Of a stretch of DNA of 64,000 bases, positions 1-12,914 are shown in pieces. Within the stretch, counting starts at the first letter, position 1; each line of letters starts with the position of its first letter. Origin of the DNA: Macrostomum lignano (Eukaryota); assembly GCA_002269645.1 (NCBI GenBank), contig NIVC01001978.1:152708-216707 (forward strand). The letters run 5' to 3'. Both the position numbers and the translations under genes were made by a program. Under the pieces are notes generated by a model that ran no database searches, was not told the origin of the DNA, and was given only the letters and a program-made list of their open reading frames with translations.

Positions 1-1490
1 GGAGGGGAGAGAGAAGAGAGAGGAAAGAGTAGAAGTGAGAAGAGGGAGAGAGAAGATGGGAGAGATGAGACAGGATCGATGACAGAGGAGAGCAGAGAAG
101 AGTGAGAAGAGAGTAGAGATGAGAGATGAAGGAGGAGAGAGCAGAGTGCAGAAAGGCGAGAGAAGAGAATAGAGGGGAGAGAGTATAGAAGAGAGAAGAG
201 AAGAGGAGTAAGGAAAGAGAGTAATCAGAGGAGGGTAAAGAGAAGAGTACACTGAAGATTGGAGAGTACAGATGGCAGAAAAGAGAGGGGATGAGAGTGA
301 ACACGATATCTGAGAGGAGAGAGGAGAGAGGAGTCAGATGAGGGGAAAGAGAAGAGTACAGAGGAGAGAGGTGAGAACATACGAGTATACGAGAGTAAAG
401 ATGACAGATGAGAGAGGGAAGATAAGACTAAGAGAGCAAAGACGAGAGTGAACACAGGAGAGATGGGAGAGTAGAGAGAAAAGAGGATAGATAAGAAATA
501 AGAGATGAGAGATGAAAGGTGAGACAAAGGGAGAGAGAGAGAGAAGTGAGTGAGGAAAGAGGAGGGGAGGGGAGAGAATCGAGAGGACAGGGGAAAGAGG
601 GGAAAGGATGAGAGAGGGGTGAGGAGAGAGAGGGAGAGATAGAGGTAGAGAGCATGCAGAGAGAAATGAGAAGAGATAAGAGAGAAAATATAAAAGAAGA
701 GAAAGGTGAGATAGATAAGAGAGCAAAGACGAGAGAGGAGAGGTGAAGGAAGAGACGATAGAAGAGAGGACAGAGAGACGAGAGAGTACAGAGTACAGAG
801 GAGGGAGGAGAGGAGAAAGGAGAGAGGAGAAGTGTTCGGAGAGGGTAGAGTAAGGAGTGAGAAGAGGGGAGAGGGAAGAGAGAATAGAGAGTAGAGAGCA
901 GAGAGAAGATAGTAGAGAGCAGAGAGAAGATAGTAGAGAGCAGATAGAAGATAGTGCAGATCGAGCAGAGGGAAGATAGAGTAGAGAGCAGAGAGAAGAG
1001 AGAGTAGAGAGCAGAGAGAAGATAGAATATAGAGCAGAGAGAAATGGGAAGAGATAAAACAGGAGAAAGGGAGAGATAAAAGAGCAGAGACGAGAGAGGA
1101 GAGGAGAGGAGAGAAAATAATAAGAGGGAATAGACGAGAGAAGAGGGGATAGAAGAGAGAGAGAAGAGACCATAGACCAGAGAAGAGAGAAAACAGAAGA
1201 GAAGGTAGAGATAGAAGTTTCTAAGGATCCAACTTCAAAGGGACACAAGGAGAGGCAGAGGCCATGAGTTTGCCTGACATTCTGTGCAGCACCCCAACCA
1301 ACAATATTAATGTTTGCTTCAAATACTAATTGTACACGAATGTACTCTATTTTATGTTTAACTCTATCCTAAATTCCTAACTGTTAAAAAGTTTTTGTTT
1401 AAGTATGGGCTCAGATTTCAGAATACATGCAAAAATAGTTCCGGGGGTTGGAATTCCCCGGGTTCAAATTCCGCAGGTTTCAACAGCTTG
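1..1490 (+). mobile_element. Helitron-like non-autonomous element, copy 1 (5' part outside window), with internal GA-rich purine tract
   Basis: About 1240-1490 is a diverged duplicate of about 4340-4607, and the GA tracts also align (e.g. 110-330 vs 3200-3420). Ends in imperfect hairpin CCCGGGTTCAAATTCCGCAGG followed by TTTCAACAGCTTG. Confidence 0.55.
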
Positions 1491-2970
1491 TCTCTACATA
1501 TAAAAATCAAAACTCTGTGTGTGTGTGTGTGTCTGTGTGTGGACAATTTTGATCGCTATGGACTCCCAAACCGCTCAACCAAATTACACCAAACTTTACA
1601 CCCACCCTAAACTTACTACGGAGAATGTCTTAGGCTACCTTTAAATTTCCTAGACTCAAGTCTTCCTACCTAAAAGTGCAAAAAACTGCTTAAAACGCGC
1701 GATTTTTTCACTAAATCCTCCATAGCGCCGCTCCACTTTTACCGATTCTCTTCAAATTTGACACAGACAATCTTAAACTATTTTAGCACAATCGTGTAAA
1801 ATTTCGAGTCTCAAAGTTAATCCTGAGCGGTGCTGTGCACTTTTAAAGTTAGGCTGCTTTTTTTCAGCGTAGCAACCACCCCAACCTCCGCCCGCCTGCC
1901 TCTCTTTCCCGATTCCGATCTGGGCCCAGATGTGTAAAATGGGTTTCAAAATCGACTAACTTTCAGCTGCCATAAATTTGCTCCACGTGAAGCGATTGAC
2001 TTTAAACTTGACACAATTATTCATTGACTCATTCTCTATCTAAATGTAAAGTTTCAACTCTGTAACTCATTCAGAAAAGAAACTGTAAGCGTGTGAAGTT
2101 TGTCTGCTTTTTCTGTGTTTGTGCCACTCACTCACTCATTCCCCAGCCCAGCCGAAGGATCAGGCGATAGGGCTGAATGTACATAGCAAATGTACAGTGT
2201 TTTGGAATAACTTTTAATAGCCTTCTCTGTACCCCCGCGAGTAGAGAGGCGTGCAGAGGAGCTTTAGCGAGAGATTCAACCACTGTCCTCACTCCTCTGT
2301 ATAGACAAGTCTGCAGCAGTTAAACAAGGATGGCAAATCAAGGCGATGTGGGATCATTTTTAAAAATAGCGAAAAATTAACTGATTACAATGCAATCCTA
2401 CTAAATTAGTTACACCATGAAAATTTTAACATCAAGATTCGCATAAGGTACTTTAAAATTTAAATGGCCTCCTAAAAATGCGGATTTCCTTGGTTGTTAG
2501 ACTGCTGCAGACTGTGGTGGTGGAACTGGAGATACACAAATTCCTCTCAGAGCTGCTAATTGGCCAGAAAGATGACGTGATTAAAGCGTGAGAAATGATA
2601 ACAACCATGATAGTACTACATCCCACAAACTGGATTTCGAAGCAGGGATCGGCGGATTTTTTACGTCAAAGGCCAGATATAGAATCAAGCTCATGGCTGC
2701 GGGCCATATGAAAGTGAAAAGGAAAAAGAATAGACTATTAGAAAGGGAGGAGGGGCGAGAGGGGCATAAGAGAAAAGATAGATATCAGGAGAGACGAGGG
2801 GGTTGAGGAGAGAGCAGAGAATATGGGACGAAGAAGCGAGAGGAGAGAAGAGAGAGGGGAGAGGAAATAGTAGAGGTGAGAAGATGGAGAGAGAAGAGTC
2901 GAGAGATGAGACAGATGATCGATGAGAGAGAGAGAGAGAGAGAGAGAGGAGTGAGAAGATGAGATAAGAG

Positions 2971-3053
<83 letters not shown>

Positions 3054-4607
3054 GAGAAGATGAGATAAGAGATAAGAGAGAGAGAGAGATTTGAGAAAGA
3101 AGAGAGGAGAAAGGAGAGATGATAGAGTAAAGGGAAGAGGAAGAGAGAGGAAAGAGATGAGATTGTAGAGATGAGAGAGATGAAAGAAAAGATGATCGAG
3201 AGAGTAGAGATGAGAGATGAAGAAAGAGAGAGCAGAGTGCAGAGAGACGAGAGAAGAAAATAGAGGGGAGAGAGTATAGAAGATGGAAGAGAAGAGAGGA
3301 GTAAGGAAAGAGAGGAGTCAGAAGAGGGGAAGAGAAGAGTACACAGTAGAGAGGAGAGTAGAGATGACAGAAGAGAGAGGGAATGAGGGAGCAAAGATGA
3401 GAGTGAACAGACGATATAAGAGAGAAGAGAGGAGAGTGGAGAGAGAAGAGAGAAGACAAGAGAGGGAGAGTATAGAAGAGAGAAGAGAAGAGACGAGAAG
3501 AAATAAGAAAGGAAAGAGAGTCCTGAGTCAAAAAAGGGGAAAGAGATGAGTACAAGAGAGAGGTGAGGGAACATATGAGAGTAAAGATGAGAGATGAGAG
3601 AGGGGAGATGAGAGAGCAGAAACGAGAGTGAACAGACGAGAGATGGGAGAGTAGAAAGAAAAGAGGAGAGATATGAAATAATAGATGAGAGGTGGAGACA
3701 GGGGAGAGATGAGAAGTGAGTGAAGAGAGAGGAGGGGAATGGAGAGAATCTAGAGGACAGTGAAACTGGTGAAAGGGACGAGAGAGGAGAGGAAAGAGGG
3801 AAGAGATTAGAGAGAAGAGAGATAGGACAGGAGAGAGCAGAGAGATGAGAGGAGAGAGAGAGGGGGAGAGAGAGAAGATAGAAATGAGAAAAGATAAGAG
3901 AGAGAGAGAAGATAAAAGAAGAGATATGAGAGACAAGAGAGCAAAGACGAGAGAGAAGGGAGGTGAGGGAAGAGACGATAGAAGAGATGAGAGCAGAGAG
4001 CGGACAGAGGAGAGGAGAGAGTTGAGAGAAGAGAGGAAAAATGAGAGTTGAGAGAAGAGAGGAAAAGGAGAGAGTAGAGACGAGGGAAGTGTTGAGAGAG
4101 GGTAGAGTAAGGAGTGAGAAGAGGGGAGAGGGAAGAGAGAGTAGAGAGCAGAGAGAAATGAGAAGAGATAAAAGAGGAGAAAGAAGATATGAGAGACCAG
4201 AGAGAAGAGAGGAGAGGAGAAAAAAAGAATAGAGAGAAGAGGGGAGAGAGGAGAGAGGACAGAGGAGAGAAGAAAGAAGAGATAAGAGGAGAGAGAGAGA
4301 AGAGCCGAGAGAGAAGATAGGAAACAGAAAAGAAGATGGAAGTTTCAAAGGATGCAAGGGACATAGGTAGAGGCGGAGGCAGAGGCCAGAGTTTGCCTGA
4401 CATTCTGTGCAGTACCCCAGCCAACAATATCAATGCTTGCTTTAAATGCTAATTTTACACGAATGTGCACTCTATTTTGTGTTTAACTCCATCCTAACTA
4501 TTAACAAGTTTTTGTTTGAGTTTGACCTCAGATTTCAGAATACATGCAAAAATAATTCCGGGGAATGGAGTTCCCCGGGTTCAAAATCCGCGGGTTTCAA
4601 CAGCTTG
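1491..4607 (+). mobile_element. Helitron-like non-autonomous element, copy 2 (~3.1 kb), head-to-tail with copy 1
   Basis: Starts TC(TCTACATATAAAAAT), then (TG)n and AACC/ACCGAT..AAATTTGACACA motifs typical of Lep1/DINE-like rolling-circle elements. Ends in hairpin CCCGGG-TTCAAAAT-CCGCGGG plus TTTCAACAGCTTG, followed by T. The terminus is CTTG rather than canonical CTRR. Confidence 0.55.
2730..4340. repeat. GA-rich low-complexity polypurine tract including (GA)n
   Basis: Almost only A/G on the + strand; source of the spurious S/L-rich and R/E-rich ORFs. Homologous tract at 1-1250. Confidence 0.95.
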
Positions 4608-4788
4608 TGAGGTTATAAAAAAACGGAAACAACCTAGACCTAGACCTAGGCCATAGACCTATTCCTTGCATCGATTGAATTTTCTCTTGTTTCTTTATTT
4701 ATTGCGTTTGTTAAGTCTTTTAGCGAACGTCTCAGGGTTAATTCTCGTCTTATTAGATTTAGAAGTCTGCTATTCGCTAACATATAAA

Positions 4789-6123
4789 ATGAACTCGAAT
4801 TCGCATGTCCAGCACCAGGAGCCGGAATCCGGTACTTTTGAAGGCAATATGCTGCAGTATCAGCAGCAGCAACCGCCAGAGCAGCAAACTGAATCTACAG
4901 CGCAGCATCGCAGCTACTTTGCTGACGTTAGCAGCGCATTTCTAACTCGAAAGGACGAAACTCAGAGACACAATTCAATTTCTGAATCGTCTAAAAATGA
5001 TGCGGCCAATCCAGCTGCCGCTGATTTCAACTCTCTCAAAGAGGAGCTGACAAATTCTGCAACGATTCAAGCGACTACGACTGCAGATACTTTAGCCGAT
5101 GTTCCCGCACCATCCAGCGCTGCCGAAGGTGGCGGTGTCTACTTTGACGGTAGCTTTCAGTCAGCTAATAGAGGCGGCTGTGGTGTGGAGTGTGGACGGA
5201 ATACAGATAATCACCCAGTTTCTATAGCTGATAGTGATGCAGTCTTCTCAATCTCTAATGATCAAGCTAGCAGTATGATGTTCCAAACGAATCAGCACGA
5301 ACTGAAGTATTGGTCAACTGACAATGAGCAGGCTTCATTTCGTGAACAGTTGATGGCTATACAACAAGATCAGCTGCAGCGACAACCGCATCTAGGAGGC
5401 ATCTCCGGTCAAGAAGCGTTCAGCATCCAATCTGTCAATCAGTCCAGCAGCAGTGTAAATGCACAGGTTGCAGCAGATGTTGGAGTAAAACAAACCATTA
5501 ACTTGGTGAATCTGGAGACAGATCGAACTGCAGTGCTTAGCACCGTTGAGGCAGCAGCGCCAACAACTGTGGCTAATGACGACTTCACAGCCGCCGCCTC
5601 AGTCGTGTCCAAATCGGAAACCGGCAGAGCCCCAAATCTGTCAAAAGCTCCGAGCGCCTGCATTGTCGGCCAGGGTCAGTTTAGCCAGTTCGAGTGCGGA
5701 TTGTGCGGCCAAGTGTTCGGCGAGATCGAGGCGATGGCTCAGCACATTGTAGATGTGCATTTAAATGCGGTAAGTAGCCGCTATATACAAGTGATGCTTA
5801 ATTTCTATTTGTCATAATGCGCATCTCATGAGTTCAGTGCATACAGTACATACTGATCTGTCCACTGACTGGGTCACCTAAACTGCGTTAGAATTCGTTC
5901 AAGTTGAAAGCTAGCGGAAGTGACAGGCAAGACTTCTCGACGTCGTGAAATTTTGAGCTTGCGAATTTTTGGCTTTGCATTGGAAAGTGATCGATATTGT
6001 TACGAGGATTTGAAGTTTGGAGCTCAGGGAATTCTATCAATTTGTCCTTCTGTCTATATCATTAAAACAAATTATATTCCTCTGTCTGTAGCCTGTCTGT
6101 CTGGCTGTCCGTCTGTCTGTCTT

Positions 6124-6218
<95 letters not shown>

Positions 6219-6223
6219 GTCTA

Positions 6224-6286
<63 letters not shown>

Positions 6287-6291
6287 GTCTA

Positions 6292-6358
<67 letters not shown>

Positions 6359-6409
6359 GTCTACTTGTCTGTCTGTCTATCTGTCTACTTGTCTGTCTAT
6401 CTGTCTACC

Positions 6410-6450
<41 letters not shown>

Positions 6451-9400
6451 GCTCGCCTTGCTTTCCTACCTGCCTGTTTGTCTGTCCGTCTGTCGGTAGT
6501 TCCGCTTTTAGTAGCTTATAATTGGACATACAGACAGTCTTTTACGTACTGTCCGTCACGCTGGCATTTCAGATGCGATTCATGCAGCAGCAGGATCAAG
6601 CCTATCAGCAGAGTGCGGTTCACCAACGCGCCAAACTGATCACCCCGTCGGCTCTGATCTGCTGCCTTCGCCTCGATCTGCGCGTCGACAACGAGCCGGA
6701 GCCCAGCAGCTACATGAGTCACCTGTCCGGCCGAGAGACCATTGCCGACAGTCTCACGGTGGTGACCACCCGAGACCGCGAGGGCCGACCGAGGCCAATG
6801 TTCGAGTGCCGCCGTTGCAATCGAATATTTGCCAGCCGGCACGAAGGTTTGAAGCACACCGACTGCGCCAGGTTCAAATGCAACTATTGCGACTATGTTT
6901 GTCGCAACGCTAGCGCCAAGGCGCAGCACGAGAAGAAACGGCACTGCGGCTCGTCAACGACAAACGCTGCAACCGCTGGCGCTTCGTCGGTAGCTGCGAC
7001 TTCTTCAACGGATCGACAGTCGAACAAGAAGACTGCAGCTGCTCCGCACCGGCAACAGCAGCAGAAGATCAGCAAGTCAAAGGCTGGCGGCGGAAAGAAA
7101 GTAGGAAAAAAATCGAAGACCAGTGGAAGACAGCAGAATTCTGCAGCCACAGCGACAGAGCCGGATGCGTTTGGTGAGCGTGCATGAGTGCATCGGTTGG
7201 ACGTGTTGGTGTGTCAGAGCTCATATCTAGTGATAGTACCGTATACGCGACATAAATTATTGTATATATACATAGGGACGAATTTGTTTTTATTGGAATA
7301 GTAACATTTTCTTGACTTTACTTGCTATCGACGTAACAAATTTGAAAAATATCGTTGATAGTCCCCTGGGCCCGGTGCCACCTGCTGAAGGTGCCTACAG
7401 CGTCGGATTAGTGACGAAATATTATACTTGAGAGAATAACTGAGGATTTCCAGCAGTTTTGGTTTGCCTACTGTCCAGGCTTGATCAGTGAAACTAGAAA
7501 AATTCGCAACATGGTGTCCATAGTCACCTGGTGACACCTGTTAAAGGTCTAGAAGCTTCGCCAGGGTAAAGGCTAGTGACCAACGAAGTCAAGGCTGATG
7601 CAGACACATGTCGCGTGCTGATGAAATTTGGAGGCTTGGCAAGGCTGCATTGAGGCACAGTACTGATCGGCGCATAAGGGTATATGGGATTATGAGAAAA
7701 TTCCGAACTTCTGGCAGAATTGTTAAATATTTCGACGTTCTGTAAGCTTGTGACTTCATTCTTGTTTAAGAAGGTGTGCAACAAAAAGTTAGCCCGTGTT
7801 CTTAAATTTTGTGTGCCTGTGTTGCTCCGTTTCGGCGCGGCAAAATATTGTCAGTAGGGAATTCCCAACTGCTAGTTCCACTAGCAGTATGGCGGCTTAT
7901 CAGTAACATACTGGAGTGGCGGCTTATCAGTAAGATATTGAGGTGGCGGCTTATCAGTAAGACATTGGAGTGGCGGCTTATCAGTAAGACATTGGAGTGG
8001 CGGCTTATCAGTAAGATATTGAGGTGGCGGCTTATCAGTAACATACTGGAGTGGCGGCTTATCAGTAAGACATTGGAGTGGCGGCTTATCAGTAAGACAT
8101 TGGAGTGGCGGCTTATCAGTAAGACATTGGAGTGGCGGCTTATCAGTAAGACATTGGAGTGGCGGCTTATCAGTAAGACGTTGGAGTGGCGGCTTATCAG
8201 TAAGACATTGGAGTGGCGGCTTATCAGTAAGATATTGAGGTGGCGGCTTATCAGTAACATACTGGAGTGGCGGCTTATCAGTAAGACATTGGAGTGGCGG
8301 CTTATCAGTAAGATATTGAGGTGGCGGCTTATCAGTAACATACTGGAGTGGCGGCTTATCAGTAAGACATTGGAGTGGCGGCTTATCAGTAAGACATTGG
8401 AGTGGCGGCTTATCAGTAAGACATTGGAGTGGCGGCTTATCAGTAAGACATTGGAGTGGCGGCTTATCAGTAAGACGTTGGAGTGGCGGCTTATCAGTAA
8501 GACATTGGAGTGGCGGCTTATCAGTAAGATATTGAGGTGGCGGCTTATCAGTAACATACTGGAGGGGCGGCTTATCAGTAAGACATTGGAGTGGCGGCTT
8601 ATCAGTAAGATATTGAGGTGGCAACTTATAAGTAAGATATTGGGGTGGCGGCTTATCAGTAAGATATTGGAGTGGCAGTAAAGGCAGCTTATCGGTTAAG
8701 ATATTGGAGTGGCGGCTTATCAGTAAGATATTTGAGTGGCGGCTTATCAGTAAGATATTTGAGTGGCTGCTTATCAGTAAGATATTGGGGTGGCAGTAAA
8801 GGCCGCTTATCGGTTAAGATAGGAGTGTCCGAAAATGATGCTATGCTGAGTTCTTAATTTATATTTTTATGTTACTAAAAGTAGTATTGTACGCTTTTTT
8901 TATTCGGGTGAGATATCTACTGTCTAATTAAATGCATTTCAGGCGACTTAGAGCAGCAGCAACAACAGCAGCAAATGCAAATGCAAATGGTTGACAGCTC
9001 AGATGCTCAGCTGCAGGCTCTGCTATTGCATCAGCAGCAGCAGCAGCAGCAGCACGATCAAGCTATGCAAATTTACCAGCAGATGGTTGGCTACGGCGGC
9101 GGCAGCTTTGACTCGCAGCAGCAGCAGCAACAGCAGCAGCAATATCAACAGATTCCAATGGCGTTACATACGCCAGATTCACAGTACCAATTGGCCGCCT
9201 ATCATCATCCCGCCAATGCATTTGCTTTTCAACAGCAGCAGCAGCAGCAGCAGCAGTACTATTATCCGCAGTACCAGCAGCTGTACGACCACTATCATGG
9301 CCAGTCGGCTGGTCTGGCCATCGCCTCCGCTCTGTCCACTGGCGATGCCACCGAAGCTTACTACGCTGTGACAGCTGCGATAGATAATGAGACTGCTCAA

Positions 9401-9435
<35 letters not shown>

Positions 9436-9505
9436 GATGGAACAGGAGATCGAGCAACAGCAGCAGCAGCACCAGCACCAGGAGCAAAGTATGGTCAATG
9501 AATGA
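4789..9505 (+). CDS. C2H2 zinc-finger protein with poly-Q C-terminus, 3 exons, ~714 aa
   Basis: Exons 4789-5769 (GCG|gtaagt, phase 0), 6573-7173 (tttcag|ATG ... TTT G|gtgagc, phase 1) and 8943-9505 (tttcag|GC). Total 2145 nt, in frame. Fingers: FECGLCGQVFGEIEAMAQHIVDVH, FECRRCNRIFASRHEGLKHTDC (C2HC-like), FKCNYCDYVCRNASAKAQHEKKRH. Confidence 0.8.
6080..6495. repeat. (GTCT)n microsatellite in ZnF intron 1
   Basis: Direct reading. Similar tracts at 9640-9785 and 24275-24545. Confidence 0.95.
7325..7537 (-). CDS. Possible terminal exon of a PGPGxY-repeat (STPG/ODF3-like) protein, antisense within ZnF intron 2
   Basis: tttaacag|GTG acceptor followed by open frame VSPGDYGHH...AWTVGKPK...VAPGPGDYQRYFSNLLRR*, with two PGDY motifs. 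Upstream exons not established. Confidence 0.3.
   Translation of the reverse strand: MSPGDYGHHVANFSSFTDQAWTVGKPKLLEILSYSLKYNISSLIRRCRHLQQVAPGPGDYQRYFSNLLRR
7888..8820. repeat. 27-bp minisatellite (TTGGAGTGGCGGCTTATCAGTAAGACA), ~34 units, ZnF intron 2
   Basis: Direct reading; gives the WRLISKTLE-type repeat ORFs. Confidence 0.95.
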
Positions 9506-9639
9506 ATGAATGATTCAAGGACCGATGTTGAACTCATCAACGGAATGAAACTTTTCTTGTGTTTAATGTTGGCTTCTGTTATAAAAGCAGCCCGTGTTTA
9601 AATTCTAATTTGTTAATGTCAATAAATTGTTTGTTTCTG

Positions 9640-9705
<66 letters not shown>

Positions 9706-9734
9706 GTGTCTGTCTGTCTGTCTGTCTGTCTGTG

Positions 9735-9785
<51 letters not shown>

Positions 9786-10393
9786 TTCTGTTTGTTTTCC
9801 CTCTATTTATCAGCATTAGCTTCAAACTTGCTGTTGTTCAAGCGAAACCAAGGTAAGCTCGTATTGTGTTATTGAATCGGTTTTCAGAAGTTGTGCCAGT
9901 ATCGTTTCTATAAGAATTGTTGCCGTAGTTGTTATTTTGTTAAACCTAGCTAAAAGCTAGATCGCAGTTAAACAAGCTAATTAATAATCCAGTAATCTTC
10001 CTAATCACTCTAGTTACTCTTTTTGCGAAGTTTCTATGCAATCAATAAACAGTCGAGTCAAGTGGCAAGCAGTGTTGTTTTGGTTTCCGCGATCTCCCAT
10101 TTCAAAGTCTGCTTTCTAATATGCCTTGGTTCATGCAAGTGTTACGTCTATTCGTAATACTTGTGTATAAGGAAAATTCGTGACATTCTTGTTATTACCG
10201 ACTAGGCTGAGTAGATTGTGCTAATAATACAGGGTAGGTAAGGGTGAGAGAGAATATTATTAAAAACATATTTAGCTCTCTGACGCATACTGCATGGTAC
10301 TTGCTGGATTACCAAAAGCAAGTTGCTTCAAGCCTTCAGGAAATCCGAGTGTATAGATAAACTTTTGATTTCTGCTAAATCATGCGACGCTCC

Positions 10394-11050
10394 TGTCTAA
10401 CAGCTCACACAGGTGATACATTTCTGTCTAACAGGTGATACACTCCTGTCTAACAGGTGATACACTCCTGTCTAACAGGTAACAATCCTGTCTAACAGGT
10501 GATACACTTCTGTCTAACAGGTGATACACTCCTCTCTAACAGGTGATACACTCCTGTCTAACAGGTGATACACTCCTCTCTAACAGGTGATACACTCCTG
10601 TCTAACAGGTGATACACTCCTCTCTAACAGGTGATACACTCCTCTCTAACAGGTGTCACTCCGCTCCTGTCTAAAGGTTGACATAATCCAGTCTAACAGG
10701 TGACATTCCTGTCTAACAGGTAACAATCCTGTCTAACAGGTGCCATTCCTGTCTAACAGGTGATACACTTCTGTCTAACAGGTGATACACTCCTGTCTAA
10801 CAGGTAATACACTTCTGTCTAACAGGTGATACATTCCTGTCTAACAGGTGATACATTCCTGTCTAACAGGTGATACACTCCTGTCTAACAGGTAATACAC
10901 TTCTGTCTAACAGGTGATACACTCCTGTCTAACAGGTAATACACTTCTGTCTAACAGGTGATACACTCCTGTCTAACAGGTGATACACTCCTGTCTAACA
11001 GGTGATACACTCCTGTCTAACAGGTGATACATTCCTGTCTAACAGGTGTC
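10394..11050. repeat. 22-bp minisatellite (CACTCCTGTCTAACAGGTGATA)
   Basis: Direct reading. Confidence 0.95.
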
Positions 11051-11814
11051 ACTCCGCTCCCAATCAAAACGGCACTGATCTTACAAGCCCTTGAATGGTT
11101 GGGCGCACTGCGGGCTCCCCTCTTCTATTGGCTCTGGAGTTCCTATGTTTCAAGCCGCTAAAAAGGCTGAATTTTTATTCAGCCAGAAAATCTTTCACAA
11201 AGTAGACAATCGTAGCCTAGTAATTTGAATATCGATTGAATTAATCAACAAAATGACCAGCATATTAGTTCGGCCCTTAATCCTCATTTGCTGGATTTTA
11301 TTTATTGCATCCGCGTTGAGGTGTAAGTCTCGTCTCGTTATAAATTGCTTTGTAGTTTTATACAGACTGGAATTATTTTTAGTTTCCAACCAATTTTGCG
11401 AAAAAAATTGCAATTAGAAAGGAAGATAGACTCGATTTTTTGGAAAGGAGCTGGGAGGCCAATAAATTCACTATAGCGATACGACATACTTGTACATTCC
11501 TTACTGGTCTCAACCGAGAATACCCTTGTAGCGTCCTTCTATTGTACTTCAGTTTTCCACACATATTATATGTTTCAGAAGTGATTGACAGTTCGTCTGT
11601 AAAGAAAATAATTCAATCGTGCGCAGAATTTCCCCAGATGTGTCAGTTGAGCTGTTTCACTAAACTCTTATATGTAGCCTTCATACAGTTATGTAGTTAT
11701 AAATGGATATTGGGCCATTTAGAACTCCTTATTAAATTAGTTTCATTCCAGGGCAAAAACGGATTTTCTCGACCACAAAATGAGAATTCATTTTGGTTCA
11801 GTTAAATGTGAAAG

Positions 11815-12148
11815 CTGATTTTTGGCGCCACAAATTAAACACAGAGTTTCGGTGCCACAAACACAGAGTTTCAGCGCCACAAACAAACACACAGAGTTTC
11901 AGCGCCACAAACACACAGAATTTCAGCGTCACAAACACACAGATTTCGGCGCCACAAACACAACGATTTTTAGAGCCACAAAACCACTGATTTTTGGCGC
12001 CACAAAAACAATGATTTTCGGCGCTACAAAACAATGACTTTCGGCGCCACAAAACAATGATTTTCGGCGCCACAAAACAATGATTTTCGGCGCCACAAAA
12101 CAATGATTGTCGGCGCCACAAAACAATGACTTTCGGCGCCACAAACAC
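11815..12148. repeat. ~23-bp minisatellite (TTTTCGGCGCCACAAAACAATGA)
   Basis: Direct reading; units degenerate toward the left. Confidence 0.9.
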
Positions 12149-12914
12149 AATGTGCTAAAGAATTAGCCACAACAGAATTTGAATTTAGTTAAAGAAATAT
12201 AATTATCTTTTGGATTTCTGCCTGTCAGAAGCAGACTCGGTGGCGTGTGAAGCCAGTCACCAATTCCAAGATTTCACGCCTCGATCAGAACCGCTTTGGG
12301 CTTATTTTAATCCCAAGCTCCCAAACTGTTGAGATTTCACCCACAACTCCTGTCTTGGCTGGAGAAGAATCCGAATTTTATTATCGAGTTACTTATTCTC
12401 TACAGAAGCAGCCTTTAGCTTAGTCTGTCTTCTGCCTGCCCGTCTCACTTCCTCTGCTCTCCGCTTGTCGCCCCTCGGGAACCGGCTGACTGACTGGCTG
12501 GCTGAATTGAGTCAGTCGGCTTCCGGAGTAAAGTAAAGTCTAGGTAGAGCCAAGGCAGTTGAGAAGTAGCTAGCAGGGGTAAGAGGGGAGAGCGGACTGG
12601 CTTGGGAGCGCACGCAACTATGCACGATCGAGTTTCCACTGCGAAAGGCCTCAGCACTTGCGTGGCGCAGTCCCTCGAGTCTGCATGAGCACACACACGC
12701 CGCTTACTTGTTATTAGTAGACTTAAACTAATTCCTAGGCATATAGAATGCGCTAGCCAGTTGTGGCCAGAGCGGCGTCGCGTTTTGATTGCTCAAAAGA
12801 GTCAAACTTCCGGTCAACTATTGTGTACTTTGACAAAGAAATTAAATTGCTCTAATGGCTCCTAGCAAACAATTTTCTGTCTAAATTTAATAGCAATAGG
12901 CTGTTTAAGCTTAT

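Noticed and set aside
225-4433. Long S/L-rich (minus) and R/E-rich (plus) ORFs up to 539 aa
   Set aside because: Products of the GA-only tract, which lacks stop codons on the pyrimidine strand; no domain content.
4666-4788. N-terminal extension of the ZnF ORF from a TTG start (looks hydrophobic, signal-like)
   Set aside because: Non-ATG start in T-rich sequence; the ATG at 4789 (AAAATG) is the plausible start.
7802-8857. WRLISKTLE / LLISRHSNV / TDKPPLQCL repeat ORFs
   Set aside because: A 27-bp minisatellite open in several frames on both strands, lying inside a phase-consistent intron.
12222-12423. 65-codon Met-less open frame after a ctgtcag acceptor (KQTRWRVKPVT...)
   Set aside because: No recognisable domain or partner exon; cannot be distinguished from chance.
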